A stretch of 64,000 nucleotides of DNA, from the NCBI GenBank assembly GCA_051362555.1, contig CM120641.1, positions 14,570,001 to 14,634,000 of the forward strand. The letters run 5' to 3'. The translations under genes were made by a program, and so were the position numbers. This DNA is from Lingula anatina. Lineage: Eukaryota; Animalia; Brachiopoda. Under the pieces are notes generated by a model that was not told where the DNA came from, made no database searches, and saw only the letters and a program-made list of their open reading frames with translations. Of this stretch, positions 42,093 through 56,440 are shown in pieces (the first letter of the stretch is position 1; each line of letters starts with the position of its first letter).

Positions 42093-45000
42093 TATTTAGT
42101 TTAATTTACTAAAAGAGGCTGTTTCCATTCAATTTAAAAAAGCGATTTACAGGAAGCACTGTTCAATCCTATTTTTTTTAACCTACAAGAGCTTTCATAT
42201 AAATATAGATTTTCTTTCCTACTCTGTACAGGAACATGCATCAATCCTGTTGTTTTCCTGTTCCCTGAAGTGTGCTGTGGCATTTATTTCCATTGTATTT
42301 GTGTTGCCGTGAAGTCATTAGCAAGAAGTTGGGGGAGTTCTATTGTAGAAATGTGTCAGGTTAGTGGTTTGTAAGCTTATAATAGAAACAGAGAAATGTT
42401 TTCTTTCTTTCTCTTTCTTTCTTTCTTTTTTATTATAATTTTTCTATTTTAACGATAAAAGAGAAGTAAAAACTGGAACTGTTTAATGCTAAATCATGCC
42501 CCCCCCCCCCCCCCCTTTTAGATCGTAGACCTGCTGGCAAATTTTTGCACCGCTTTTGGCAGCCTTATCGTCACTTTAAAATCCAGGGTATTGCGAATGT
42601 GAGGAACGGACCGGAAGAGATTAGTATTTCATTTGTTTCATTATGTGTAGCGACTTTTCTTCAACAGTAAGCATAGACTGTGACTTGATCTTTGCCTTTT
42701 TTATCAGCTTAATAAAGATATAGTTGTATACTCATGTTCATTTAATACTTTATTAAATGATATAAGAGATGAATCTTTTACAGAGTGTATCTTGATAATT
42801 TTTATCAGTAGGAGTAAGCCTGTGAACTTTGGAAATACTAAATGACTGGTTCGGTCGATCTACAAGAGCGCAGTTTAACAAGAAAACATTCGTAACCTTA
42901 CCTTTATTACCTTTTGGAAAGATAAGTTAAACATGTTTGTTTTCCTTTAATGCTTAAAGATCGTATTCACCAAAAATCACGGAGTTGATTTTTCGTTTGA
43001 ATTATCTGTTGTGCGTATCCAGTGGTCAAGATTTGATCTCTTGGTTCTGAGAAGACGTTTTGTGTTGGGCTTCAAGAGAAAACCAAACAAAATTATTAAC
43101 ATCCCATTCAATTAAAAAAAAGCCTGATGCCGTATGCGATATGATGGTCAGACACAGCAATATGATTTCGTGCTTTTTATGTGACGTCTCAGTGACTCCG
43201 CGAATTTGAATAACGCAAAACTGAGCTCAATGTTTGTGCTGAGTAAACTCACATTTCTCTGTATCGCCAACACACTCAAACACTTCTGTAGCTAAAATAT
43301 TGTAAGCGTCCATTAATATAAACGAAAAAAAAAAACTAATCGTTGTAGCAGGAATACGTCTCGTTTTAACATGGAAAAGTATATGCTATTTGTTATGCAA
43401 AGACTGTTTTCCCATTTACTCCATCTTTGACAAGTGTACTGTTTGTTTTGATGAGCGACAAGAACAGAAAACGTACACATAACTGTCTAATAAGTTTTAT
43501 CTAACAGTCATCTACCGAACTTTTCAAATGGCATTTTCAACTTTTCAATTGACAAGGGGAAATATGACAAGTAAGAATATAGTGAAAGCTGTTTTGTTGC
43601 ATCTACCTCTGCAAAACACAGATCCGTCAACCTTACAGTTTATACAGTTCATTCACGTACGACTGACTCTGCTACGCTTATAGCTTTGGAATTTACCATA
43701 TTTTAAGAACTCGGTCAGCCCTCCCCCTGCACGTTCTGACCACTTTTCTTGTGCGGTTTTAGCGACAAGCCGATTCCAGCCGAAACGGGACAAGGGTTGG
43801 GCCGTGCGTGGAAGAAGAACAGGTGTTGGAATGGACGGCAAGATAAAAACCTACTAAATTTAGTTGAGGTCCATGGATAAACCAAAGCACATCGTTATCT
43901 CTGCTCCCAGCGCCCTCTGTGATGAACCGCTAAAACCAGGCACTCACAATATCAGAAAACGCATCTTCAAATCAGCATATGCAAGTGGTGGAAATACAGT
44001 GTATTGTAAGAAGAACAAACATTTCCCGGGGTACATCCTTTCTAATTCAAGAGGGTGTATATGAAGAGAACTTAAAGAATAATTCGATGTGTATTTTTAA
44101 ATAGAATTAGACATTGTGCTTGTACCTTGTGTGCACACGGATATTTTGCTCATGCGCGTCATTTCTAGATAACTTAAACGACTCAGATGTGTCTTTCTTC
44201 ACCTTTATCTTTCAAATTTATTCTGAAACCACTAAAAATAAGTTTATTTGGTTATTTTGTGTTGTTGTGCGATGCATCTGTTTGTCGTATGGTATCACTT
44301 GTAAGCCCATTTCGATGGGGAATTCTGCAAACTAGCTACATCGTATGTGGCAGGGTAACTTTTTTTCTATTTCTGTATGTCTTTAAATTTGTCGTGTTTG
44401 TTTCAGAGTTGATTTGTGACACAAACATGATGAATTGGCAACCGTTCTTGACGCAAGGCCCTGACATAATAGCGGAAGAACACGAAAACAATAATGTTTT
44501 CCGATTGCTGTGAGCGTCACAATTGCATGCTGGAAAGCTCATGTTGCGACACCGATGGGCATTTTCTTGTTATTTCAATAATGTGTAATTTGGATAATGT
44601 GCATGTAACTTATCATTATGAGATCCAGTGTAATATTGACCAGAACCCGTTGTTCCTTGAAGAAACTTCCCGCATGCTTGCAAGATGGTCACACAAAGGT
44701 AGACCTGTGTGGTTCATAACGGCAAACTGTGAAATACCTACATCTAACAGCTCAACATACTGGACGCTTGTGTGAAAAACCAGCCCAATATTATTTATAA
44801 GCTCAACAGGCATGGAAAATGAACGTACAATGACTTTGACTCTCTGAGTGTGTCACACGGTCGCAGTTTGCTACTTATATCACTTACAAAATTATACTAA
44901 AAAGATATAAGCTTTTTATTTACCTTTTCGTGGCTCATGGTTTTTTTCATATACATCTAGAAAATTAAGCTCGGGTTTTGACGTTAAAGAAAGTCAGGTA

Positions 45001-45356
45001 AATAGTTCTAGGAGGATCTTCAAAAATACTCTACACTTTTTAATTAAGGTAGTAGACGTACCGCGCGTCTCATTTAAGTTCATGACAGCTATTCTTATGT
45101 GCTGCATCTCCTTTTAAAATCGTAGATCTATTTGAAGCCACGTCATCCAAGGCGTTGTTGGGGTGCTAATGCTTAGATAATCCGCGCACAAAACGGGGAT
45201 ACTGCAGCATACTCTGGAACACGCTCAAAGCATTTGCACGTTGTTGTGCGGCACGGTTATAGACCAACGACAGAACCAATAAGCGTGTTGACAGCAGAGA
45301 TAAATATTACTACGCTAACTTTTAAAGAGGAAATTCGATCATCGACCACTCCTTAC

Positions 45357-45568
45357 CTTAACTCCCCGGCTTTTACATCTTGAAGAGCTTGTTTGTCGTC
45401 AACTATCTGTTGTTCCTGAGTACTTGGAATTAGAAACTCGGTTTTACTGGGGGCAACATCATCAGCGCTGCTATACTCGGGGGCGTTGTATACCGCTGCT
45501 GACTCCATGAGATCAACCTCTTGCTTTATGTAGAAACTGCAACCATGCAGCTGACTACCCACAACCAT
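45357..45568 (-). CDS. NPAS4: Candidate alternative first coding exon of the NPAS4-like gene (long N-terminus)
   Basis: Open frame MVVGSQ...MESAAVYNAPEY...KAGELR ends AG|gtaagg in phase 2, which matches the bHLH exon. A pyrimidine-rich acceptor lies at 45595-94. An alternative ATG is at 45508. Confidence 0.6.
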
Positions 45569-46602
45569 ACTGTTCTGCGTGTCACTCTTAGGCCTAGATC
45601 AAGAAAAGATAGAAACAAGGAAGAAGATAGAAACAATCAGCCTGCTGCCACCGTCTGTTCTTTCTATGATATGCCTTGAATGCGGTTTGGTGGTTTTTGT
45701 ATGAGAACGTTGACCTCCTTGGTTCAAATGTATGGCCGGACAGCGACATCATGAATTCCAAGAAACATGTTAACGCCGTAAGCAAATGCATTATGAATGA
45801 ACTGACAATATAACGTGATTGGAAATAATAATCTCAAATCCAAAAAGTGGGTTAACATATAATAAAATCAGAAAGAGAAAAACTGAATACATCTGTATTA
45901 AAGGAAGGGGCTGCTGTCTTTTTTTTTTTAACGATCGGCTGTGGCATACCGGTGTTTCTTTCTAAAGAAATAGCAAACTTAGTTTTAACACTCTTTACAG
46001 CTACATGCCTTGTGCGTTTCTGTTTCAATCCAAAAAACCGGCCATTATATGTATTATCCCAAACAGGAAGTTAAAACCAAAGTATAAAAACGATTCAGTA
46101 TTTTTTAAAATAGTTTTTTGATAAAATAATGTTTTGATACTTTTAACAGGAATAACGAAAAAAGTCAAGCAAAAGTGACCAATAAATTGCTAAATTTGCA
46201 AGTATCGGATTTCCAAGTTTTTGTATTCATGTTGGTGTTATGGTCCCGATAACATGTTAACTTGGTCTACGGGGTGTAGGTGTTGACATAAGACCCCCTG
46301 GGCCGCATTTATTTTATCAAACTGATACAGTTTAATTCTTAAGTTTTTGCTTTAACCTCGAAAAGTATCCCTCAGTGTAGCCGACATGAAGGGGGGTGTC
46401 ATGTCAAATAAATTATTTCGAAAACGATATACGGTTGATAGCATAAAGGTTGTTTAAAAGGGTAAACATGATATTATCTTATTTCGGTGAGGGGGTAGTT
46501 TTGAAGCCTCCAGTAAGGTCGAATAGATGAAATATACGTACTAAATTTATGATTTCAATGATACAAAACCATCCATCATTTATGATCCAATAAAATTGTA
46601 TT

Positions 46603-46852
46603 CAGGTGTTATAAACGGATTAGGCGTTTACTAACACTACCCGCAGATCTAACGCCCATATTAACTACAATGCTCACAAATTAACCAACACACCGTAAAA
46701 TTATTTAGCACCAAACGAAGTGGTACCTAGCACTAACATTCATCCACTCTGGCAGTGGTGGTTAATTTGTGGGTCTTGTGGTTAATATGGGCGTTAGTGC
46801 TAAAAGATCTGCGAGTAGTGTTAGTAAACGCATAATCCGTTTATAAGACCTG
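46603..46852. mobile_element. Palindromic MITE, CAGG...CCTG ends, probable 5-bp TSD
   Basis: ~90-bp inverted arms (caggtgttataaacggatta... / ...taatccgtttataagacctg). Flanks gtatt/gaatt. Confidence 0.8.
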
Positions 46853-48114
46853 GAATTCAGCTATTGTAATGTAACTTTTGACTCAATAACTCATGTAGCA
46901 TTTTTGTAACACTCGATTGAAAAAGAATGTGATGTACAATTTTTAGAACAATTTTGTACACTGCTCCCAGTTTATTCTTTGTCTACACGTATGTATATTC
47001 TTGACCCGTTCCAGGAATTTATCATACTAAAATTTCAAAAATAAAGGAGTGGCACCAGTAAATCTCCCTTCCTAAGTTCAACTTGATAGCTAGCGCTGGT
47101 TGACTCCCGTTTACGCCACAACTTAGAACATAATTATTAAACATAGCAAATAAATTTATCAAAATTCAAGGTATGAAGGAAAAATTATAAACTAATGTAA
47201 CATTATGTGCCTACAATGGTGCTGTCAAGGATACACTTTCTCGTCGAGACTTTCTCGTCCCCACTGATCTTAAAATCCACTACAAAGAGTTATTGTAAAT
47301 CCAGTAAAGTTTTTTAATGATTTCAAACCCAACTTATGCAAATTTTGACTTAAATGGTAAAGAAGGCTGCCACATCCTGACTGTAAATGGTTGTGGTGGT
47401 CTAGAGAGGGTCATCAGGACTACAAATGCTCAATTTTGGCTTTATATTTTTTGTATTGAACGCCACATAGCTATCAATTCTTTTTGTCTGAACATCGTTA
47501 ATCAAAACTCGGTCGCTCCCTGAATACTCCTCTCGAAAGATTACTAAGTAATTTTAATCACGCGATCTTCATGTTTTCAAAGATGAACATTAAACTAGGC
47601 TTATCGGTAAAATAAGACCCGTTTTTGATGGAATTTGTAAAGTAAATTACTAAATGATATTGATCTTAGTAGTCTTTCATGTCCAAAAGTGTCCTTTAAC
47701 AAACTGAACATTAACAAGATTTTCGAAAACTTGAACTCCATTTAAAAAGATTAATCTTTCATGGCGGATATGAACCAACACAGCTGACGTATTCAGGTGC
47801 CCTCTTTCTCTCCCCTTTCTCTTAACTTTTCTTGCATGGGTAACGGTCCGAAAAGACGACCGCCTGCTATCATTATTTTAATTCACCAAGGAGTACACAA
47901 TTTGAATGCAAATTATCCTTCGGTATCTGTAATGTGCATTTACATCAAACATTACCTCCTCCCTCCCCTCTTTTAGTGACGGTGATTTAGGTAGCTATAA
48001 ATAGACCTTATTCATACAAATACAAACAGCTTTTTATAGCTAGTATATTGGATGTGTTGCCCAACCATTTAAATAATTACATGAGAGAGAATTATGAAAT
48101 ATGTGCGTCTGTTT

Positions 48115-48170
48115 CTGTGTGTGTGTGTGTGTGTGTATGTGTGTGTGGCGTGTGTGCATGCCCGTGTGTG
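48115..48170. repeat. (TG)n microsatellite, imperfect
   Basis: Directly visible. Confidence 0.85.
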
Positions 48171-49181
48171 CGCACGTGCACACGTGAGAAAGCACCAATT
48201 TCAAACCAGACAACGGTTAATCTGCATACGAACATTGACTGAGAAAAATCGTCTGCAACGAATTATAGAAAAGAACAGGGTTGGGAGTTAAAAGGAAAGA
48301 GATTATGTGTGTGGGTGTGTCTGCTTCTCATGTCACCACAGAAGAGAAGAACGCGTGTTTCTGGAGAGTGGTCGCATGATAACAAAAATGCATTATGCGA
48401 TACGAAGACGTAAATCACGCAAATAATCTCTTTATTCAACTGACAAACAACCGGGTTTTTGCTGGAAACTGCAGTTAAAATGGTTGGTCATTTTACATGA
48501 ACAATTAGTGGCACATACATTTTTGTCTGAAGTGCAAATAAATACATGCGTTTCTATACAGTCTCCTCGTGTGATGTGTTGAAGTCGGGGTTTACATTAC
48601 ACCCAGAACAGGTATATGAATGAAAAAACATACTACACCTACACCAAAATAATCGATAAAAAAGAATCGGATTGCAGCTTTTACGAGTTGCCATCAAGAT
48701 AATTTGAGTCAGTATTGTGCGACGTGACCGAACTTCAGACTGAAAACCAAGTAAGTTACTGCCTATTCATTAAAGAAAGTAGTAATCGCCCATTTTATAC
48801 ATTTTAATAGTTAATCAAAACAGAGGCCAGGGAAAAAGAAAGGTTGGTGGCAATTCTCTAAAATACTAATACAATCGTCCCATTTCAAAATCTTTAATCC
48901 TTTAAGTGTTAATGATAACATCATTTAGATGAGTATTCAGACACTAATTGCACGGAGAACATAAACGCATCTTGACATTTTCATATGATGTATAATAAAA
49001 ACTAAAAAAACTAAACCTACTTAACGTCTAGGACTATAATGATAAGTCAAGAATAGCACTGTTAATATACCGGATACAAGCGGATATCAGTCAACAGTAA
49101 GTTTGCTTTTCTTATCACAGAGTTATATATATAGGTAATCAACTACTGTGTGTGTGTGCGAATGTAAACTAGTTCACGTAC

Positions 49182-49413
49182 CTCTCTCCTTGAAGACCGC
49201 TTTCCAACATTTGTAGTAATTGTTTAGCGCGAGATCGCCTGCGATCCGCTTGAATAGTCTAAAATATAACAAAAAATGCGACCAGCGCAGGAGAAATCTT
49301 CTACAGAATCTTTTGTGATTTCCCTCACTAAATAGATGTTTAGTCAACGCACAGGGGATAAGCGACTGCTCTGTGTCTCCGTTGTCACCGCATTTCCTGA
49401 AGCATTGACGTCA
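49182..49413 (-). promoter_or_regulatory. Putative distal NPAS4 promoter and non-coding exon with a full CRE
   Basis: TGACGTCA at 49406-49413 in CpG-rich sequence. The donor GAG|gtacgt at 49182/49181 could splice to the 45593 acceptor. Confidence 0.45.
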
Positions 49414-49826
49414 GCAGGTGAGATTTGTACTGGTGACACGAAGGACCAGTTTCTCTAGGGGACGCCAATGGAAATGTCAATGCTGAAAAACCTTTGGAAC
49501 CAGGCGATGTGTTGACATTGACTTGAAAAACCGACATTCTCTCCGTTAATTGATATTTCTGCTTTGGATTTATTTTCAACTATTTTTACTGTTGAGCTCT
49601 TCATCTTCGAGATTTATTCAAACGACACGATGCTTAAATTTAACACGTTAAAAAGCTAAATAATTTGGTTACGGAAAAGGCCAATAGGTGTTACCTGTCT
49701 GACTCGTCATGTTTGCATTGGCAACAAAACTAATATCGATAGTTTTATTTTGATTTTCAAGACGGAGGGTGTTGGAGAGCGCTGAAAGGAGAAACATTAC
49801 GAACACCCGAAATGGTTCCCCTTGTG

Positions 49827-49999
49827 GGGGCGTCTCGATAGTCCGAAGGTTCATTGGTCCGAAGGTTCATTGGTCCGAAAAGTGGTAACATTTTTATCGA
49901 TTTTTTAATCAAGGGTTCATTGGTCCGAAGGTTCTATAGTGAACATTCGGACCAATGAACCTTCGGACTATTGAACCTTCGGACTATCGCTACGGCCCC
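49827..49999. mobile_element. Mutator/foldback-like MITE with 16-bp subterminal tandem repeats
   Basis: GGGG...CCCC ends. Units of ggttcattggtccgaa on the left and inverted on the right. 9-bp flanks ccccttgtg/cctcttgtg match 8/9. Confidence 0.75.
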
Positions 50000-52900
50000 C
50001 CTCTTGTGACCCCACTCATTTTTGTGGTGAACCTTTTAAAACTTTCCGTTATTTTGTCAAGGGCAATTTTCCAAAATGCAGATCATTTCAATTGTAATTA
50101 CACAATTTTACTCACAATTAGACTGAATGTTGGTGGTCGAATCGACTGGATTTTTCTGGTTAAAATAATAAGTTACAGGCGATTTTGATTGGAGCTACGA
50201 GTCGACCATTTCGATTACCGAAAGAAACAGACAGTCACGTGCGTCACAGGTAATGCGTAGAATAAAACATACATAAGCAACAGGTTAAAATACAACTATT
50301 AGTAACATCACAATTTCCGAAAAATGACACCCACGGGTATTTTGCTGCGACAATTTTGAAATTTTCTCGGAAAAGTACACGAGACATTTCATTTAGAGGA
50401 TGTCTAATTATTCTGGTTTTGTTTCTCACGGCATGCAACCAGATCAACGTGTGTTGCATATTTTTCTCCAAACTACCCCTGCCATGAGAAAGAAACCAGG
50501 TGTGCTTCCAGGGTAGAGAGCAGTAACCACCATTCCTATAAATATCAGCTTGGTCCAGAAAGAGACCTCTGTACAGCTAGCTATGTGAGAGACACTAAAA
50601 TCGCTGGAATCAGCTACTCCCATCTATACTTTTTAAGTTGAAACTCCTAATAAAAAACTTGGTTCTCACAAGGATGATGTTTTTTTTTAATTAATATATT
50701 GCATGGGTCTGTCGCGTCATGATTTGCTTCAGTTACGTGTACACGTGCCCCGAGGTTGAAAATGTACAGGATATTTTAATGGAACATTGACGTCTTTGTT
50801 TTGTCATACACTATGTCTTGACATATTGATAATAATGCACGTCCTAAGTAGTCTCTAGCAATATATGTGCATATCTACCGGTAAATTCATTTTTTCGAAT
50901 ATTGTTTAAAATATCTGTCAAGAAAAGCACTATTTTAAAAATAAACTAGACATTTATTGGCGTATATATGCCTGCACTTATTATCAATGCGGTTTTGATG
51001 TGGAGGTGGAGAGATTGGATAGTTTGGGTCCTTAAACCATTTTGAATATTACTGGATGGCATAGGACACAGCTGCATGTTAAATAGCTATTAGATATAAA
51101 AGCTCTTGTCAGTGCGACTTCTTGAAATCAAAATATACGTGAAATCCAAACATAAATTGTGAGCATTTCTATTTTTATCACTACCTGAATGGGGCTTTTT
51201 AATGAAAGATTTCACTGCTCAGATACTTGAATGCCAACTTTTGATGAAAACGTGAAATGTAGTATTAAAGAACTAGGGTGATTAGAATGTCATTATAGAA
51301 TTAAATCAAAACCCAACTTCCATTAAGGCCACTGTAACAACAATATAAGTGAACCCTTACAAAATGTACAGGATGCTTTTTATATATTTGTCTTTGTAAT
51401 GGGGTTTCCTACCAATAAATTATTTGAATAGACTTTTAAATGCTTCCTGGCTTGCATTTGTACTTGAGGTTCATAAAAATGCCACTCACCATCCAATAAA
51501 TTTAACATAAAAACATGAACTGTGAAAGAATAAACACAATGCTAAATTTTCTTTACTTTAATAAAATATCACATGTAACTACATTGAGACGTTACTGAAG
51601 CCATTTACAAGGTAAACAGATCTCTAACCTGCATAATTCCCCCATTTCCCCTTCAACTGAAATTCATATATATTGCACTTACAGCAAAAATTTTCACAAC
51701 TAGTGATAATAAAAAGCAAGCCCTAATATTGTTACATTTACAAAATATGCATCTTATCTATACACCTATAATGACTTATTAACCCAATAAAGCTTTACTG
51801 CCTTTCATGTTGACCATTTTTAATTTACAAAGACAGAATAAAAATGGTAACTACAGAACTCTTAATATTTCAGGTAAATCATACTAGTAATAGAGGTAAT
51901 TATAAGGACAAACTGCAATCACCCACTTCAACATGGCTCAGTAAAGTATATCTGAATTGTTTGATTGAATTTCACCATTATTTCTTGGCAGATTTGACCA
52001 GGACCCAGTTACATGAAAAACCCAGTTGAATGTAGGCCTTGTCTTTTAGATTGTACCTGTATGTTGTGGTTCACTTTGATCCATAAAGCTGCACTAGTTT
52101 ACTTAAATAAGTAGCTTTGGCTCTAAAAAAAGTCCATTCTAAAAGATGATTTTTTACTTTCTGTAAGACCAGTTCTAGTTTAAGTGAACTTGCATCAATT
52201 TTATCTTTGATCAAAGTAGACTAAATCTTTCAGTCCTAACTTTTGGAATAACTCTCCACTTATATTCTTTTGTAAAACCACTCCAGCACCAGCTATGGAT
52301 AGTCTGGCCACATTTCCAGACCAATAACATCAAACAAAATCAACAAAGGTTTTTGTTTTGACCATAAGAAAAAAATGCCTCATATGCTAATGTGAATAGT
52401 CAGACAGTCCAGACCAAAGTGATCCTCCACTGTCCAGTGAGAAACCCAGTGCAGTGACTAAGGTTCAGAGCAATAGGTGAAGTCAGATAGCCAAGGTTCA
52501 GTGAACATGCAAACATGACTGACCACTATCAAAAAATATGTACCTGATAAAGCTAATAACCAGACAGTAAGTCTAGTGTTATACTCTTCATGTGGTATAC
52601 CGCTAGCGTGCAGTTATCAACCAAAAATGTGAAGATATTTAAAATATACATAGAATTTTAAAGTTGGGACAAATATCCCATCCCATCCCTACATTGTTTT
52701 CTACAAAGAGCAGGTATCACTGCAGAATGAAATATCCATTTTCATCCAAATACGCCAGTCAGTATGCCAGAATCTTACATAATTCACACCTTGGACCAAT
52801 TGAAGGTCAAATAAAATATTCCACTATCTAGCAGAAAAATAAAACACTCAACATTAATACTGTTGATGGCAGATGCTTTGATAAAAAATCTTGGTGTTTC

Positions 52901-53152
52901 CAGCGATTATGCCTTTAAGGTATATATTTCAGCTTCACCTTACATAACACTACATACAAATTCACTGCCATCTCATTGTGATATCACATTTCAATAAGTG
53001 AAAGCATTTTTACAACTTATTCTGTGCACATGTTGTAAACATGAAATACCTTTCATGAAAAACCAGTTTCCGCTGTTCTTTCCTAGCAATATGAACCTTT
53101 TTAATAACATTAACAACAGGCAAAAATCTGAAAAAATAAAAACCATAGAATA

Positions 53153-53380
53153 TTTACCCCCGCTAAGGTGGTTATGTTTTCACCCCCGTTTGTCTGTCTG
53201 TCATCAACATAACTCAAAAAGTTATGGACCAATTTTGATGAAATTTTCAGGGTAGGTCAGAAGTGGGCCAAGGAAGTAATTATTAGTTTTTGGTGGTGAT
53301 CCAGATCAATAATCAATCAATAATATTCAATAATCGCTGCCTTGGTGGAGGTCTGCGCTCTCGGAGTGCTTTTCTAGTTT
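53153..53380 (+). mobile_element. Helentron-associated non-autonomous element (HINE/DINE-like)
   Basis: Subterminal IR cccccgctaagg/ccttggtggagg, short (gtct)n stretch, 3' hairpin gcgctctcggagtgc, then ttctagttt. Confidence 0.65.
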
Positions 53381-54578
53381 GTCATAAAATTACCACCCTT
53401 TCCTTTAAACTGATAGACTAGTTAAAGAGATTCACCAGCATGGCAATACCAAGAGAAACTGCTACATCATCTGCTTAATCAAAACTAATATTGGGTCTCA
53501 CTTTGGATATCAGACACAAGATTGCAGCGGTTACCACATATTATTACCATGATATAATACATTCCCTTTTAGATGTGTTAAGTGGTTCGAAGAGGGGGGG
53601 GGGGGGGGGGACAATCAATTTTCATAAGAATTAACACCCAAAATTTGATGTTACTTTGCATAAACCTCACTAAGCAAATCAACTTGAAGTCAAAATAAAT
53701 TTAGTGCCTATATAAAAAAGCTGTCATTTAAATGCTTTGATGTTTCAGCAGCTTCAAATATAAAAGAGTATATTTGCACATCACTGTACACAAATTCTCC
53801 TTTTCCATAAACATCAGTAATTTAAACAACAATATAATAGTAATAACAAAAAAAAAAAACAAAACAGTACTTATAAAATATGTGATACTTTACAATTTTA
53901 ATTTGTATATTTAACACATAGCAAAGAGCAAATCAGAGAAAGAAACCATTTTGTTCAAAAATAAAAACAAACCAGTTGTCAGGACAAATACACAGAACAA
54001 AAGAACTTGTGTACAACATTTTGATGAAATTCAGGATTCTCTAAAATCTATATTTTCATGTACATTTACCTTTCTGTGATTGAAGGTTTGATGTGTTTGC
54101 AAAAAGAAAATTGTTTGAATTGGCACTGTTTATTCAAAGCGAATTCCTATTTGGCCATTTCTTATTAACTAATGTGTGATCATATTAGGACAATATAATT
54201 TTTCAAATACTCAATTATAATTTATTTGAATCCAGCTCAACACCCTATTTCAAAGTAGACAGCTATGTCTGAATATGCACATTATTACTATCAGCTGTCC
54301 ATGAATACCCCAACACACGAGGAACATTGAGGTAGCATAATCATCCAATAACAACGGTTGTTCCCTATGTTATTGCATCAATACTCAACATATTCAACAG
54401 ATTTAATATTTTTGTTTGTGGATGGTGATATGAACTTTTGTATTAATATTGATACATGAATATATGTGGATGGCTTCTTTTTGTGAAGAAAACATGCACT
54501 TATATTAGAGCGTTGCAAGGAGCCCCACCTCTGGTTTCCTGGATCTGATCATCAGGAGTATCACACAAACTGTTCTTA

Positions 54579-54761
54579 CAACGGGCAGATCCAGAGATAT
54601 TTAGATATTTAGAGTATTATCTTAATTCCAAATTATCTTTGTTGACCCATTCTCCATTCTTGACCGTCTTCTGACAGAAAAATTTGATGCCCATCAATGT
54701 AAACTTGAAAAATTCTGACCGTCTTCCGGAAAAACCCAGACCACAGACTCGTCCGCCCCTG
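54579..54761. mobile_element. Decayed MITE related to the 13496-13745 family
   Basis: Ends caacgggcagatccag and tcgtccgcccctg. No TSD found. Confidence 0.4.
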
Positions 54762-56440
54762 CCTAAAACCTTGGCACAGTCAGCTGTATGCACTCAATTT
54801 GCTATACGAGTTCAGAAATATAAAACTTATTTTGATTCTGTTCTTTTTGCTTTTAACTTTATTTGTACAGTGGCAGCTTAGAATGGTTTATTCTACACCT
54901 GCAGAATCAGTTTTAAGATCCATCTACAAATCAAGGAGTGGCCTGTGAAATCTAATGGGTAGAACAGATATACACACATAATATACACACATTCCAGACA
55001 TCAAAGTGGGCCTTAGTTCAACATCTCCACTTTTGAAGTATTATCTTAATTCTGAGAAAATATGTGTTTTTAAGTTGGCCTCTTACATATACACATCCTA
55101 AAAAAAACCATTTAAGTGCAGTGTACAGATATTCAGTTAAAACATAAAACCATTAAAAATAAAAGCTGTCAATTTTCTAGTCTTACCAGAGTCATCAATT
55201 TATAACCGATGCACTTCACAATTCTAACATATAAAATAGGTGCATGATCAAATGTGAATAACCACTTCCCATATCTAAATAGGAAAAATAATTACACCAC
55301 AAAAATGTTTAGCCTGTGAGAAGTCTTCATGCTGAATTTGACTAATAAAAGATAAGCAGACAGCCACATCTAAGTCTACATTTTATGCAAAATATTTGCA
55401 CAACATACAGAACTGAAAATATATCGCATTAACAAATTTCTAATCATTACACTATCTATGGCACAAGAAAAGCTTGTTTATCTAGTCTTGGGTCCTAACA
55501 GCTTCATGACATATACATGTAGTGCTACTTAAAACCACTGTCTTCATATAATAACTTCACAATTTATATTTCACCATGAGTGACTGCCTCTTATATTCAT
55601 GGCGTGAGGTTAATTTGCTTTCTGTGTATAATGATTTTCCTTCTGCATCATCTCTCTTTTAGAAATTCACCTTTGGTAGGAATTATGCACATAGTCTAGT
55701 CAAGCTTAGTTCATAATGCGGTAATTGCTTATTATCAAACAAAGTGGATGAATTATATTTTTCAAAAAGACAAGTTTTTTTTTGTTTTATATGTCACCTT
55801 CATTACCTGGTTCTAATGCTCCGAAAAACAATGCAAGCTGGGTAATTTCTAGAGAGTATATTATTGTGAGGTATTAAAGGTAATAAAACTTGACAAAAAA
55901 AGTATTGGAGCAAGTCCTGTGTTTGTAGTTTGTGCGTAATTTCCATTAGGGTAATAGTCAGATGAATAGACATGGCAGACCTGGAATATACATTTATGCA
56001 CAGAAAAGGTGACAGCATTAGCATGGAACCACTACAGAGGCAGGTGACACATGAAAGAAAGCCATGACTCATTACTTGTATGAAAAATATTTTACATGTA
56101 ACAGCAGAGATTGTACAGTCATGTTTTTTTTTTCTTAATAACATAAATCTACCGGCACAAGATACGTTGCCTTTTCATTCAATACACCACAAAAACATGA
56201 TCCAAGTCATTTTGTTCTTTTTCCTTCAAATTCTGTTAAGGCATTGGTATAATTCCTCCTCATGTATATGTCTGGCTGTAGTGTAGAATTAAACTGGTCT
56301 TGAGCTCAATGAAGTTTATTCTGTGATTCACTTCATTCTTGCTGCATGCCCAAATTGAGACAGACCAGAATCGCAGAAGAGATTTTCTTCTATAGCTTTA
56401 TTCGACTCTGAACGATATGAGAGATGCAGAACAGAAATCC

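Noticed and set aside
43160-48575. Scattered TCGTG sites as NPAS4 autoregulation
   Set aside because: A 5-mer in a CpG-rich domain with no evident clustering.
49839-49986. 16-bp repeats as a CRISPR array
   Set aside because: No spacers, repeats are inverted on the right side, a TSD is present and the context is eukaryotic; it is a MITE.
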